A stretch of 64,000 nt of DNA. It comes from a virus. The translations under genes were made by a program, and so were the position numbers. Each line of letters starts with the position of its first letter. Position 1 is the first letter of the stretch. Shown here in pieces: positions 1 through 9,121 of this stretch. The DNA lies in IMG/VR virus record IMGVR_UViG_3300030012_002828, positions 1 through 64,000 of that record, one strand, 5' to 3'. The notes under the pieces were generated by a model, which saw only the letters and a program-made list of their open reading frames with translations, was not told the origin of the DNA and did not search any database.

Positions 1-2613
1 AAATGGCAAAAAATGGATTTTGATGTTAGAACCAACAATAAATGGTATCTGGGTGGAACAATAGGTGATATTTTTAAATCAAATTTAAAGACAGGACTCA
101 GGCAAAGTATTAGGACAAGTAAAAAACCTTTACCTGAAAAAACAAGAGAGATTTGTAAACCTAAAGTTTTAAAATTAGGTGAATTTATAGACGATTATAA
201 AATAATAGTAAAGGAAAAAATTAAAAGATTTATCAAAGATAAAGATGTTAATGACCCACCTATTTACCGTTCTAATCACAGGTTTCCTGAACTTAGTGAT
301 ACAGTAGGAGAAATGTATTTCCGAGAAATGACAGGTTGGCATGACGGAATAATAACATATGTAGTTGGAGTTAAAGGTACTTATTCATTTAAATTTACTA
401 TAAAAGTTGTAGATTTAGAAAATGTAGAAGAATGGTCTGCTTGTAAAGCAATAGAATGTTGGAATGAAGCACCTGAAGATAGATGGAATGGGGTAAGTAA
501 ATATTTTGATAGTAAAACTAAGGCTGAGGGTGGCGATAAAAGTTTAGGAATTCGTGCAGGAAAAACTAATCCAAAAAGTCAGAATTTGGGCGGTTATTAT
601 ATTGTAGGAGAAGAAGTAAGAGGTCGTAGATGGGAAATAGAATTGAGTTGGGGATATGGTTTTGCAAATACAAATGAAACATATTTACAACAGGAAGAGC
701 ATGTTGCTGAACTTTTAAACATAATAAATACTGATAAAATGAAAAAAGAGTTTGATGCAATATTGGGTTCTCCTATTAAGAAAAGTCAGATTAGTATACC
801 TAAACAAAAAATAAAAACTAAAAGAAGGCCGCTTCCTGAGAAAACACCACCTGATTGTTATAAAATTATAGATGATATATTTCAAGCATGGGCTGATTGT
901 AATAAAGTACAAAGACCAAAAGTTTTACACGCAAGAGATAGTGGTACTCTTTCTCAATTCACAAATGAAGATTGGTGTGAAATGGTTAAGGATAGAAATA
1001 ATAATTTAATAATTCATCCTGCTAATCAAGATGACCCTGATTTATTTAGTGTTAGGTATTATATTTATTTAACCGATAAAAAAACTGATAATGTACAACT
1101 TTTTCTACATTGGGCTATGTCTAAAAGGTTTAATAAATGGAGAGTTTGGCAGTATGCAGAAATAGATTTTTTAGGTTATTCTTCACATATTATGGGTTCA
1201 GTAATGATAGATTGGGAAGAAGAACCTAATGTTTTTACTTCGGCTTATATTACAAAATTACTTGATACATGTAAAAACTGTCTAAATTTTGCTGATAAAT
1301 TAGAACAAATGAAACCCTTTGTTAATAAACTAAGACACGGTACTGGGGATTATAGTCAGGCACAAAGATTAATTTTTGATATGGCAGGGGATGGTGATAT
1401 ATCAAAGAATCAAATTACAGTACCAAAACAAAGCGTAAGAACGAGAAGATTACCCTTGCCTGAAAAATCGCAACCTGAAGATTGCTATCCTAAAATACAT
1501 AATATAGTCCAAGAATTTTTTAATGCGGGGAAACCGCTACATATACCTGTTCAAGCAATAAATGGTCGAGATAGTTTAAAACAAGGCGATTGGTGTACAC
1601 ATTATTATAATAAAAGTAAAATGAAAGCCCCCTATGCAGACCTTCAAGAAAGATTATTTAGAAAATTATCGTATGTTCCATTTTCTTTTGGGATAAAACT
1701 TGGTTCTCATTTATTATCTGTAAGTGTACGAGTTGAAGAACAATATTATAATAAAAAACTTGTATTAGTATATTTTGGATATTTACAAGATTATGGAGGT
1801 AATAGTAGGATGATACATAAATTTAATGACAGGCTCAGAAGAGATGTTTTTAGAGTAAATGAAAACACTACCTATTCAAATTGGCAGGATTTCTTTTTTA
1901 ACTTAAGAGAAATGGGTTACAGTATTAGAGATTGGGTAAGAAAAGTAAATAAAGATTTAAATGCAAACTACGATGTAAGTTTAGTCCACCAACAATATAA
2001 CGAATTAGAACAGGTAGTCAAAGATACACAATTGTATAAAGAATTTATGGATGATATAAAGAAAAATCAAATTACCATACCCAAACAAGGAATAAAAACA
2101 TCGAAAAGACCTTTACCTGAAAAAACAAAAAGAGAATGTATAGATGAGGTAGCAGGGTGGAAAAATAGTGCTTTTAGGAAAGCAGTATTACTTAAGAAAA
2201 TATTGATAGATGCTAATGTTGCTAATTCTTCTACTATTATTGATTTAAAATATGAAGATTTTAAAATAATAGATGGGGAATTAAAAGAATATTGTTGTTG
2301 TAAAATGATAGAGGCCATTAATCAAGTAGTATCAGGTGAGCAAAATTTTAAACAAAATGTAAGAACAGGTTCAACTATATCAAATTATCTTGATAAACAA
2401 TATCCATTTGAATTTAAAGGGGAAGAATATGTACTTGCTTGTCAATTTACAAGTGCTTCTATGAGAAAACAAAAAAGTATGATAGGTTTTGTTGCAACAT
2501 TATATGATAATTTTTATGAAGGTAGTATAAAAGATAAATATACATGCGACATAGTAGTAGAAAGTATGCTGGATAATTATGAAATTATACCTGCGGAAAT
2601 AAAATGGTGGTAA
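1..2613 (+). CDS. Polyprotein of four PLPEK-leader cassettes with unrelated variable domains; probably 5'-truncated by the window
   Basis: Frame is open from base 1 (AAA TGG CAA AAA ATG). Leader copies at ~67 (DIFKSNLKTGLRQSIRTSKKPLPEKT..C), ~772, ~1396 and ~2053. Confidence 0.8.
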   Translation, partial: KWQKMDFDVRTNNKWYLGGTIGDIFKSNLKTGLRQSIRTSKKPLPEKTREICKPKVLKLGEFIDDYKIIVKEKIKRFIKDKDVNDPPIYRSNHRFPELSDTVGEMYFREMTGWHDGIITYVVGVKGTYSFKFTIKVVDLENVEEWSACKAIECWNEAPEDRWNGVSKYFDSKTKAEGGDKSLGIRAGKTNPKSQNLGGYYIVGEEVRGRRWEIELSWGYGFANTNETYLQQEEHVAELLNIINTDKMKKEFDAILGSPIKKSQISIPKQKIKTKRRPLPEKTPPDCYKIIDDIFQAWADCNKVQRPKVLHARDSGTLSQFTNEDWCEMVKDRNNNLIIHPANQDDPDLFSVRYYIYLTDKKTDNVQLFLHWAMSKRFNKWRVWQYAEIDFLGYSSHIMGSVMIDWEEEPNVFTSAYITKLLDTCKNCLNFADKLEQMKPFVNKLRHGTGDYSQAQRLIFDMAGDGDISKNQITVPKQSVRTRRLPLPEKSQPEDCYPKIHNIVQEFFNAGKPLHIPVQAINGRDSLKQGDWCTHYYNKSKMKAPYADLQERLFRKLSYVPFSFGIKLGSHLLSVSVRVEEQYYNKKLVLVYFGYLQDYGGNSRMIHKFNDRLRRDVFRVNENTTYSNWQDFFFNLREMGYSIRDWVRKVNKDLNANYDVSLVHQQYNELEQVVKDTQLYKEFMDDIKKNQITIPKQGIKTSKRPLPEKTKRECIDEVAGWKNSAFRKAVLLKKILIDANVANSSTIIDLKYEDFKIIDGELKEYCCCKMIEAINQVVSGEQNFKQNVRTGSTISNYLDKQYPFEFKGEEYVLACQFTSASMRKQKSMIGFVATLYDNFYEGSIKDKYTCDIVVESMLDNYEIIPAEIKWW

Positions 2614-2614
2614 A

Positions 2615-3928
2615 ATGTGGGAAGATATAATTAAAAATCAAATTAGCATTGGAAGACAAAGTGTTAGAACAAGAAGAAGACCTTTACCTGAAAAATCTCC
2701 CCCTAAAGAATGTTGGCCTTTTTTTGAAAAACTAATTATAGATTTTGTCGAATTAAATAAAATCTATGACCCCGAAAGTACCTCGCTTATGCCTTCTACT
2801 TTAGAAAAGATTAGAGTTGAATTCCCTAATGAAGAATATTGGTGTGAATTTAAAGAAACTATGGAAGTATACATTGATGGTGACCTACCAAAAGGAAAAA
2901 ATGAAACTAATGCTACTTATATAACAATTTACGGGTATGTAAATGGTGGTAAAGAAAAGGTCATTTTAACTTTTCAATTTAGTTTAATTTTTGCTAATAG
3001 TCTTAGAAAAACTATTTGGACTATGAGTTGTAACTTTTTTTATCAGGCTGGTTTAATTCAAATTTATGATAAGGAAATAAATGCTTACGATTGGCAATAT
3101 AAAGAATTAGAGCGAATTGCAGGTATGTCAGGTATTAGATTTTTCTGTAAAGTATTTTACAGTTGGAAATCTGCTGTAACTGAATGGTTAAAAAGAATAG
3201 GAGTTGATAGTATAAAGTATTATGGTTGGCCTGAGTTTATAATAAATGATTGCGATAAACTTGTTGGGGATATTCAAAAATCTCAAATACAAACTGGAAG
3301 ACAGGAAATTAAAACTTCAAGGTTGCCCCTACCTGAAAAAACTAAAACAAACTGTAAAGAAACCGTACTTCAAATATTTTACGAATTTGATAAAATGAAT
3401 CAATGGATTTATGGAAGAAATCATACAGAAATATCCGATTGGTTTAAATCAAGCGAATACTATAAATTAACAGAAAAAGAGTATTGTCATTTTTTAGAAA
3501 CTGTTAGAATTATATATCAGCGAGCAGGTTCTGGTTTCGACCACCAAAACGAATTATTACAATTAATTGGATATTTTTCAGTAGGTATTCCTTTTATTAT
3601 CGAATATACTATACTACAAACTTCGAGTATAATAAATGGTGTTCCTACACATTGGGTTCCTGATTTTCAAATAGTATTAAATTCTACAACAAGAGGTCTA
3701 CGACCTTTAGAAAAGTGGATAGAAAATGACGATATGGGAGAAATGATTATGTATATAAATGAAATGGATGAAGAAAGATGGGAAGAATTTAAAGGTGGAT
3801 TAAAATTAATGTACCAAGAACGAATAAATAAAATAAAATCATTATGTAATAATCCAGAAGTATATATGGAAATAGAACCCACTTCTACTTTTCCAGAAAA
3901 TTTAAATCCTCCAATTAAATTTAAATAG
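2615..3928 (+). CDS. Two-cassette PLPEK-leader protein with N-terminal MWEDIIK tag
   Basis: Starts MWEDIIKNQISIGRQSVRTRRRPLPEK; second leader DIQKSQIQTGRQEIKTSRLPLPEK at ~3269. Confidence 0.85.
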   Translation: MWEDIIKNQISIGRQSVRTRRRPLPEKSPPKECWPFFEKLIIDFVELNKIYDPESTSLMPSTLEKIRVEFPNEEYWCEFKETMEVYIDGDLPKGKNETNATYITIYGYVNGGKEKVILTFQFSLIFANSLRKTIWTMSCNFFYQAGLIQIYDKEINAYDWQYKELERIAGMSGIRFFCKVFYSWKSAVTEWLKRIGVDSIKYYGWPEFIINDCDKLVGDIQKSQIQTGRQEIKTSRLPLPEKTKTNCKETVLQIFYEFDKMNQWIYGRNHTEISDWFKSSEYYKLTEKEYCHFLETVRIIYQRAGSGFDHQNELLQLIGYFSVGIPFIIEYTILQTSSIINGVPTHWVPDFQIVLNSTTRGLRPLEKWIENDDMGEMIMYINEMDEERWEEFKGGLKLMYQERINKIKSLCNNPEVYMEIEPTSTFPENLNPPIKFK

Positions 3929-3929
3929 T
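3920..3929 (+). promoter_or_regulatory. Possible archaeal TATA box (TTTAAATAGT)
   Basis: About 35 nt upstream of ATG 3961 and similar to TTTATATAGT at 30718. The AT-rich background weakens it. Confidence 0.3.
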
Positions 3930-3960
3930 CTTTCTATTTTAATTTCTTTTAGGGAATCTT

Positions 3961-4683
3961 ATGTCTTGGGAATCTTTGATAAAAGCAAGAGGCAATTCAC
4001 CAAGAAAATTGGATTTTGTTGAAAGGTATGGACTTGATACTGAAAATTTTTATTCAATACATCAAGTTTTGGCTAATATGAAACAAAGAAAAGGCGGATT
4101 TATGGCAGGTCAATTTAATACTGTACAATTAAGAGGCGTATTAGATAAATTAGTTAGACAAGGGAGGGCTGAAGGTAGACCAATAACAATAAAAAGACCA
4201 ACATCAGGTAATGCAAAAAGACCTTCAATGGAATATAGACAAATTGTTAAAGAAATATCTAAATCTGATTGGAGGGCAACGGTAGATAATCTTGTTACTA
4301 AAGATACACCTTTTGAGATAATATATGATAATATTAGACAGTCTATGAAATTTGATTCACCAAGTAGAGGTGATGTTTTAAAATATTTAAATGAAAATTA
4401 TGACCGACATAAACTTTGGTCTAATTTATGGAGTGTAAGAAAAATACTAAAGGCAAAGGTAAAAGCAGTTAGAAATAAAAGATATTATGACTATGTAAAA
4501 TTTATTAAAAAAATTCTAAAAGATGAAGGTGGTGCCGCAGGTATGAAGAATTTTATAGATGCCGGTAACAAAATAGATGGCTTTGATGAAAAATATTTAA
4601 AATATGTTATAGGTGATGCAATAGACCATGATGATTGGTTATCTGAACATGAACATGGAGATTATTATTTAACGGAGGATTAA
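3961..4683 (+). CDS. Tagged (MSWESLIK|A) multi-module protein, probably small helix-turn-helix-like DNA-binding units
   Basis: Three segments separated by EISK|S and KILK|A; the first has a wHTH-like pattern (LRGVLDKLVRQG). Confidence 0.6.
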   Translation: MSWESLIKARGNSPRKLDFVERYGLDTENFYSIHQVLANMKQRKGGFMAGQFNTVQLRGVLDKLVRQGRAEGRPITIKRPTSGNAKRPSMEYRQIVKEISKSDWRATVDNLVTKDTPFEIIYDNIRQSMKFDSPSRGDVLKYLNENYDRHKLWSNLWSVRKILKAKVKAVRNKRYYDYVKFIKKILKDEGGAAGMKNFIDAGNKIDGFDEKYLKYVIGDAIDHDDWLSEHEHGDYYLTED

Positions 4684-4685
4684 TT

Positions 4686-5006
4686 ATGTCTTGGGAAGAT
4701 ATTTTAAAAAGAAAAAAGAGCAAAACAAAAAAGCGCAAGCCTAAGAAAAAAGAGGATATGAGAGTAGGTCGAGTTTATCCTTCTGATAGAGCAGGTAAAA
4801 AAATTATGATGCTAACGCATGAAGGTAAAAAAATTCATGCGGGTGCTAAAGGGTATGGTAATTACAAAGGTAAAGGAAAAAATAGAGGCGGAGGAACACA
4901 CACTAACAAAAAGCGTAGGGCTAATTTTAAAGCAAGGCATAATTGCGACCAATGTAAAGGTAGAATTACAACTCCTAAATGTTTAGCGTGTAAAAAATTG
5001 TGGTGA
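4686..5006 (+). CDS. Tagged (MSWEDILK) small basic protein with Cys/His-rich C-terminus
   Basis: KKIHAGAKGYGNY..RRANFKARHNC..CLACKKLW; very Lys/Arg-rich; GGAGG RBS upstream. Confidence 0.8.
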   Translation: MSWEDILKRKKSKTKKRKPKKKEDMRVGRVYPSDRAGKKIMMLTHEGKKIHAGAKGYGNYKGKGKNRGGGTHTNKKRRANFKARHNCDQCKGRITTPKCLACKKLW

Positions 5007-5011
5007 TTATT

Positions 5012-5167
5012 ATGTGGGAAGATATATTAAAAAAGAAAAAAGATGCTTGTTATCATAAAGTAAGAAGTCGTTATAAAAAGTGGCCTTCTGCTTATGCTTC
5101 AGGTGCATTAGTACAATGTAGAAAAAAGGGTGCTAAAAATTGGGGCAATTCTAAGAAGAAGAAGTGA
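5012..5167 (+). CDS. Tagged 51-aa basic protein missing from the ORF track
   Basis: Hand translation MWEDILKKKKDACYHKVRSRYKKWPSAYASGALVQCRKKGAKNWGNSKKKK*; GGTGA RBS; fills the intergenic gap. Confidence 0.85.
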   Translation: MWEDILKKKKDACYHKVRSRYKKWPSAYASGALVQCRKKGAKNWGNSKKKK

Positions 5168-5171
5168 TATA

Positions 5172-6008
5172 ATGTGGCAACTTATTCTTAAGAAAGAATC
5201 TAAATGGGTTAATAATCTTTCTGAGAGTAAGCAAAAATTACTAAATACTAAACCTTCTTTTAATGTAAAATTTCCCGAACTTTCATTTCCCGATAATGAA
5301 AGTGAATTGTCTGAAGTTATGAATATAATGGAAAAATATGAAATGAGTAAAGATGTCGAAAAGGATTTAGACCAAAATAATAATAAAATGATGTTAGATA
5401 TTGTTGGAGAAAATGCAGTAGATTGGGCAGACTTCGTTAAAGATGTAGATATTTATACCATGCAATTAAAAATGAAATACAAAAGACCAAGACCCTATGA
5501 AGTTTCAGATAAAATTAAATCTATAACAGATACTGATGATACACCATCTTTTCCAAGCGGCCACGCTATTGAAGCATATGCTTTAGCAAAAGTCCTCGCA
5601 GAAGAACACCCTGAAAAGGAAGAAGAATTATTTAATATGGCTGAAGCAATTGCTTTATCGAGGGTATTAATGGGTAATCATTTTCCAAGTGATATAGAAG
5701 CAGGTGAAAAAATAGGATTATTAATTGCTGATGCTTATTTAGATACCGATGTTAAAAAATCATGGGAAGACCAATTATCTAAAGGTTGGGTTGATTGTTC
5801 TTCATGTGGTAAAGGGAAAAAGAGAAGACCTTGTGGTAGAAAGGATGCTTCTAAAGGGCAAAAAAGAAGATGCCGACCAACTTGTTCAGCCTGTAAAGAT
5901 TACAAAAGACGAGCAGGTAAAAGAGGAAAGAAAAAGAAAAGAAGAAAAGGCACTTTTAGTTTAGAAGATAAATATGGACTTCACGGTTGGTTCAAAAGGA
6001 GGGGTTGA
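5172..6008 (+). CDS. PAP2-family (acid phosphatase/haloperoxidase superfamily) phosphatase with tag and basic Cys-rich C-terminal module
   Basis: PAP2 motifs KMKYKRPRP, PSFPSGHA and SRVLMGNHFPSD. Start moved to ATG 5172 (MWQLILKK). Internal tag VKK|SWEDQLSK|G. Confidence 0.85.
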   Translation: MWQLILKKESKWVNNLSESKQKLLNTKPSFNVKFPELSFPDNESELSEVMNIMEKYEMSKDVEKDLDQNNNKMMLDIVGENAVDWADFVKDVDIYTMQLKMKYKRPRPYEVSDKIKSITDTDDTPSFPSGHAIEAYALAKVLAEEHPEKEEELFNMAEAIALSRVLMGNHFPSDIEAGEKIGLLIADAYLDTDVKKSWEDQLSKGWVDCSSCGKGKKRRPCGRKDASKGQKRRCRPTCSACKDYKRRAGKRGKKKKRRKGTFSLEDKYGLHGWFKRRG

Positions 6009-6465
6009 TATACCAATAAGAAAGGTGAAAGGCGGCTATAAATGGGGTAAGCGTGGTAAAGTCTATAAAAATCGTAAAGATGCTGAACGGCAAGCGGCTG
6101 CTGCATATGCTTCAGGATATAAAAAATCTGAAGATGTTATTACATGGAAAGATATTCTTAAAGCAAAAAGAATCCCAAGAAAGAAAGGGCAACCTGCTAA
6201 TTCTAAAAAACATTCAGATTTATACACAGATGAAAATCCAAAAGGAACAATACATGGTTTAGGATTTAAAACTGTAAAAGATGCAAAACGCTCAGTAGCA
6301 AAAATAAAAAGAAGTAGTAGAACCCATGCACATAAAACTCAAGCGGCTATCGCTATGGAACAAAGAGCAAGAGAAATGGGTAAAAAAACTGCGGCAGGTA
6401 TTTATAGGACTTTCATTAACGCACAAAAGAGAAAGACTAAAGCAAAAAGGAAGCGTAAAAAATGA
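5974..6465 (+). CDS. Two fused basic modules separated by an internal tag (TWKDILK|A); true start uncertain, possibly ATA 6010
   Basis: Modules PIRKVKGGYKWGKRGKVY..AAYASGY and KHSDLYTDENPKGTIHGLGFK..AMEQRA. Confidence 0.75.
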   Translation: MDFTVGSKGGVDIPIRKVKGGYKWGKRGKVYKNRKDAERQAAAAYASGYKKSEDVITWKDILKAKRIPRKKGQPANSKKHSDLYTDENPKGTIHGLGFKTVKDAKRSVAKIKRSSRTHAHKTQAAIAMEQRAREMGKKTAAGIYRTFINAQKRKTKAKRKRKK

Positions 6466-6587
6466 AAGAATTTACTTATTGTGGTCGCTGTTATGAAACT
6501 GACGATGTTTATCCTTTTGGGTTTTGTAGAAAATGTTGGATTAAACATGGCAAACCTAAAGCGATGAATGGTGATATAGTTGCCTAA
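6462..6587 (+). CDS. 41-aa CxxC-CxxC zinc-finger microprotein (not in ORF track)
   Basis: MKEFTYCGRCYETDDVYPFGFCRKCWIKHGKPKAMNGDIVA*; ATGA overlap with the upstream stop. Confidence 0.65.
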   Translation: MKEFTYCGRCYETDDVYPFGFCRKCWIKHGKPKAMNGDIVA

Positions 6588-6690
6588 TAAAAATAAAGTT
6601 AGAAAGCCAATAAAAAGAAAAAAGGGAGAACCAAGTCAAAAATCTGAAAAGAAAAGACCCAATAAACCAAACTACCCAAGAAAGAGATGA
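6580..6690 (+). CDS. 36-aa Lys/Pro-rich basic peptide (TTG start, not in ORF track)
   Basis: GGTGAT RBS, then TTG: MPNKNKVRKPIKRKKGEPSQKSEKKRPNKPNYPRKR*; fills the gap before 6695. Confidence 0.5.
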   Translation: MPNKNKVRKPIKRKKGEPSQKSEKKRPNKPNYPRKR

Positions 6691-6694
6691 TATT

Positions 6695-7579
6695 ATGCCA
6701 AAATTTTCACCTCGAAGAAATGAATTATTTCAAGTGTCAAGGTATGAATTACCAGATGGTTTAAAAAAACATATTGCTGTTGGTGTACAAAAAATAAAAA
6801 GCGATAGAGATACAAGTTATCCTAATAGTAATTGGGGTTCTGATGAACTAATGGTTATAGAAGGAAATAATCCAATGATACAACAGGGAGGCGGAGATTA
6901 TAGTATAACTTATATTTCTTTTTTTAAACTAAGAAAAGGAGGCGGAGTTTCAATTCCAGTATTAGATAAATTAAGTGTAGATAGAAGATTAACACAAGAT
7001 GCAAAAGGTCTGCTTAAATTTTTTGGATTAACTGATAGGTGGGCATTACCACCAGAAGATGATGAATCTAAATTAGCAGCAGGGCATTTTAGAGTTAATT
7101 TAGAAAGAAATGAAGTAATGGTACAATATGTTACAACATACAATTCATCGTTTATTGTTTTATATATAGGTTTTGAAAGTCCTTTAAAAATTTACGAAGG
7201 GTATAATATGTATAGTGACTTAACGGTTCGTGAATATATTGGTTTAAGATTGCTTTACAAGTCTTTTAAGAATCGCAGAAGAGAATGGAAATTATCAGAT
7301 GCTTGGCGACATTTTTTTAATGAATGGTCAAAAAGCGAAGTTACTGTTAAATTATTAGAAGGGAAGGGTTATTTACGATTTAAAAAAGAAGGTTTTCCAA
7401 GCATTACATCTAAAGGAAAAGCACATTTAGAAAATTTAATAGATAATGTAAATTTTGTTTCATTACAATTTAATGGCCGTGTTTCAGATATATTAAAAAT
7501 GGATTTAAATATAAATTGGAATGCTGAATTAGATAGTAAATTAATGGATGTATTGGAGGAATATTATGGATTGGACTGA
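6695..7579 (+). CDS. Hypothetical protein with possible C-terminal winged helix
   Basis: 294-aa ORF; LLEGKGYL..ITSKGKAHL resembles a wHTH wing. Confidence 0.6.
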   Translation: MPKFSPRRNELFQVSRYELPDGLKKHIAVGVQKIKSDRDTSYPNSNWGSDELMVIEGNNPMIQQGGGDYSITYISFFKLRKGGGVSIPVLDKLSVDRRLTQDAKGLLKFFGLTDRWALPPEDDESKLAAGHFRVNLERNEVMVQYVTTYNSSFIVLYIGFESPLKIYEGYNMYSDLTVREYIGLRLLYKSFKNRRREWKLSDAWRHFFNEWSKSEVTVKLLEGKGYLRFKKEGFPSITSKGKAHLENLIDNVNFVSLQFNGRVSDILKMDLNINWNAELDSKLMDVLEEYYGLD

Positions 7580-8342
7580 GAAATTACAAAAGAATCAAAT
7601 ACAAATTGGTCGTCAAAATGTAAAAACATCAAGATTACCATTACCTGAAAAAACACCTAAAAAAGATTGTAATGAAGAATTACTAAATATACATAAAAAA
7701 ATATCTGCTAAAATGAAAACATATGTACCTAAAATATTTGATGTATTTAACAATGCCCTTCTCCCCTCTTTAAAACATCAAGACGGTTCTATTGACAAAT
7801 TAAGACCTATTGTTTTATCCGACTCATTTCTTAAAAATAATTATTTAAAATATGAAGGTTCGGGGTATGAATACGGTGTTAAAGTAATATTAACACCAGA
7901 TAATCATATGAATAAACTTTCTGAACATTTAGGTCTTACTATGTATTGTCAGTTTATACCTTTTGAAGATGAAGAAATTGCTTGTAAAGTATTAGATTGG
8001 ATTAAAAATACAAAAGATGGCGTTATAGATTCAGATATATGGTTTGGAGATAATAGAAAATATCACGGTGCAATGGATTTGGATTATGAAAGAAGTGGAA
8101 TTGCAGATATACTTATTGGTATTGGCCCAAGAAGTAACGATGGTAGCGGTGCTTTTATTGTCTATCTAAGATTTAATGAATATGTTAATTTAGCATTTAG
8201 ACAGGTATATACTTTACTTTTAGGGGTTAAGGATGACCCCAAAAAAATTGCTGAAGATTGGTTAAATGATTTTCTTAGTGCTGTTAGTGATGCAGATATA
8301 AGGGCTATGGCAGAAGAATTAATAAATATAATTAGACAGTAA
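7566..8342 (+). CDS. Single-cassette PLPEK-leader protein
   Basis: GGAGG RBS, then MDWTEKLQKNQIQIGRQNVKTSRLPLPEKTPKKDC. Confidence 0.85.
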   Translation: MDWTEKLQKNQIQIGRQNVKTSRLPLPEKTPKKDCNEELLNIHKKISAKMKTYVPKIFDVFNNALLPSLKHQDGSIDKLRPIVLSDSFLKNNYLKYEGSGYEYGVKVILTPDNHMNKLSEHLGLTMYCQFIPFEDEEIACKVLDWIKNTKDGVIDSDIWFGDNRKYHGAMDLDYERSGIADILIGIGPRSNDGSGAFIVYLRFNEYVNLAFRQVYTLLLGVKDDPKKIAEDWLNDFLSAVSDADIRAMAEELINIIRQ

Positions 8343-8386
8343 TTATTATAAAGAAGTTTAAGTTTTTAATTAATTAGGGGAAAACT

Positions 8387-8494
8387 ATGACAAGGTGCAA
8401 TTTTCTTGATTCTTGGTTTGATTCTAAATCTAAAGAATTAGATAAAAGAGAATCTAAAACTAAAAAATGTTTTGTTACAGGTAAAAAAAGGTGA
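8387..8494 (+). CDS. 35-aa hypothetical peptide (not in ORF track)
   Basis: MTRCNFLDSWFDSKSKELDKRESKTKKCFVTGKKR*; AGGGG RBS; TATA-like TTATAAA near 8346. Confidence 0.5.
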   Translation: MTRCNFLDSWFDSKSKELDKRESKTKKCFVTGKKR

Positions 8495-8498
8495 TTAA

Positions 8499-8969
8499 AT
8501 GGTAAGGATGCCAAACTTCAAACCTGATAGAGAATTAGAAACAGAAGAATTTATTTATTCTGAACATGATATGGAAGATGTATTAGAAGGTTCAGCAGGA
8601 GATTGCTGTGAATTGGCAAAAGATTCTTGGATTAAGTCAGTAGAAGACCAAATACCAAGTATAAATAATCTTAATAGAGAATATGTTGCTTATACATTAG
8701 ACCCTTCTAATTTAGATTGTAGAAATTTTTTAGATTTACTTAAAAAATTAAATCAAATGAGACCGGGAAGTTTTGCTACGGCTTCGGTAAATAAAATTAT
8801 AGGTAGATATTTTAGAATAGACCAAATGAAAACATCGTTATTAAGTAGTGTAGCAACAATAGCCAAAAAAGCAGGTGCAGAAGCGTTAAAAACTTGGATG
8901 TATTGTGCAAGTAAAAAGAATGAAATGTCTACTAATTGGCAAGATACTCTAAGGAGAGATTTTAGATGA
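8499..8969 (+). CDS. Hypothetical Cys-containing protein with tag-like C-terminus (NWQDTLRR)
   Basis: GGTGA RBS; CCE..DC..YC pattern. Confidence 0.7.
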   Translation: MVRMPNFKPDRELETEEFIYSEHDMEDVLEGSAGDCCELAKDSWIKSVEDQIPSINNLNREYVAYTLDPSNLDCRNFLDLLKKLNQMRPGSFATASVNKIIGRYFRIDQMKTSLLSSVATIAKKAGAEALKTWMYCASKKNEMSTNWQDTLRRDFR

Positions 8970-9121
8970 AATGGGAAGAATATTTAAAAAGTATAACTAA
9001 TAAGGAAATAACAGACTGGGAAGATGCTATTAAAGCATTTACTAAAAAAGGAAAAGAATTAGGTATGCCTTTGAATATTATAGATACTTTAACAAAAGCA
9101 TTAAAGAGGGAAGAAAAATGA
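8966..9121 (+). CDS. 51-aa protein with two tag copies (not in ORF track)
   Basis: MKWEEYLK|SITNKEITDWEDAIK|AFTKK..; ATGA overlaps with both neighbours. Confidence 0.75.
   Translation: MKWEEYLKSITNKEITDWEDAIKAFTKKGKELGMPLNIIDTLTKALKREEK

Noticed and set aside
1-8342. Diversity-generating retroelement or CRISPR-like array explaining the repeats
   Set aside because: No reverse transcriptase or TR/VR pair in the window. Repeats are conserved mainly at protein level, with synonymous changes and 560-780 nt coding units.
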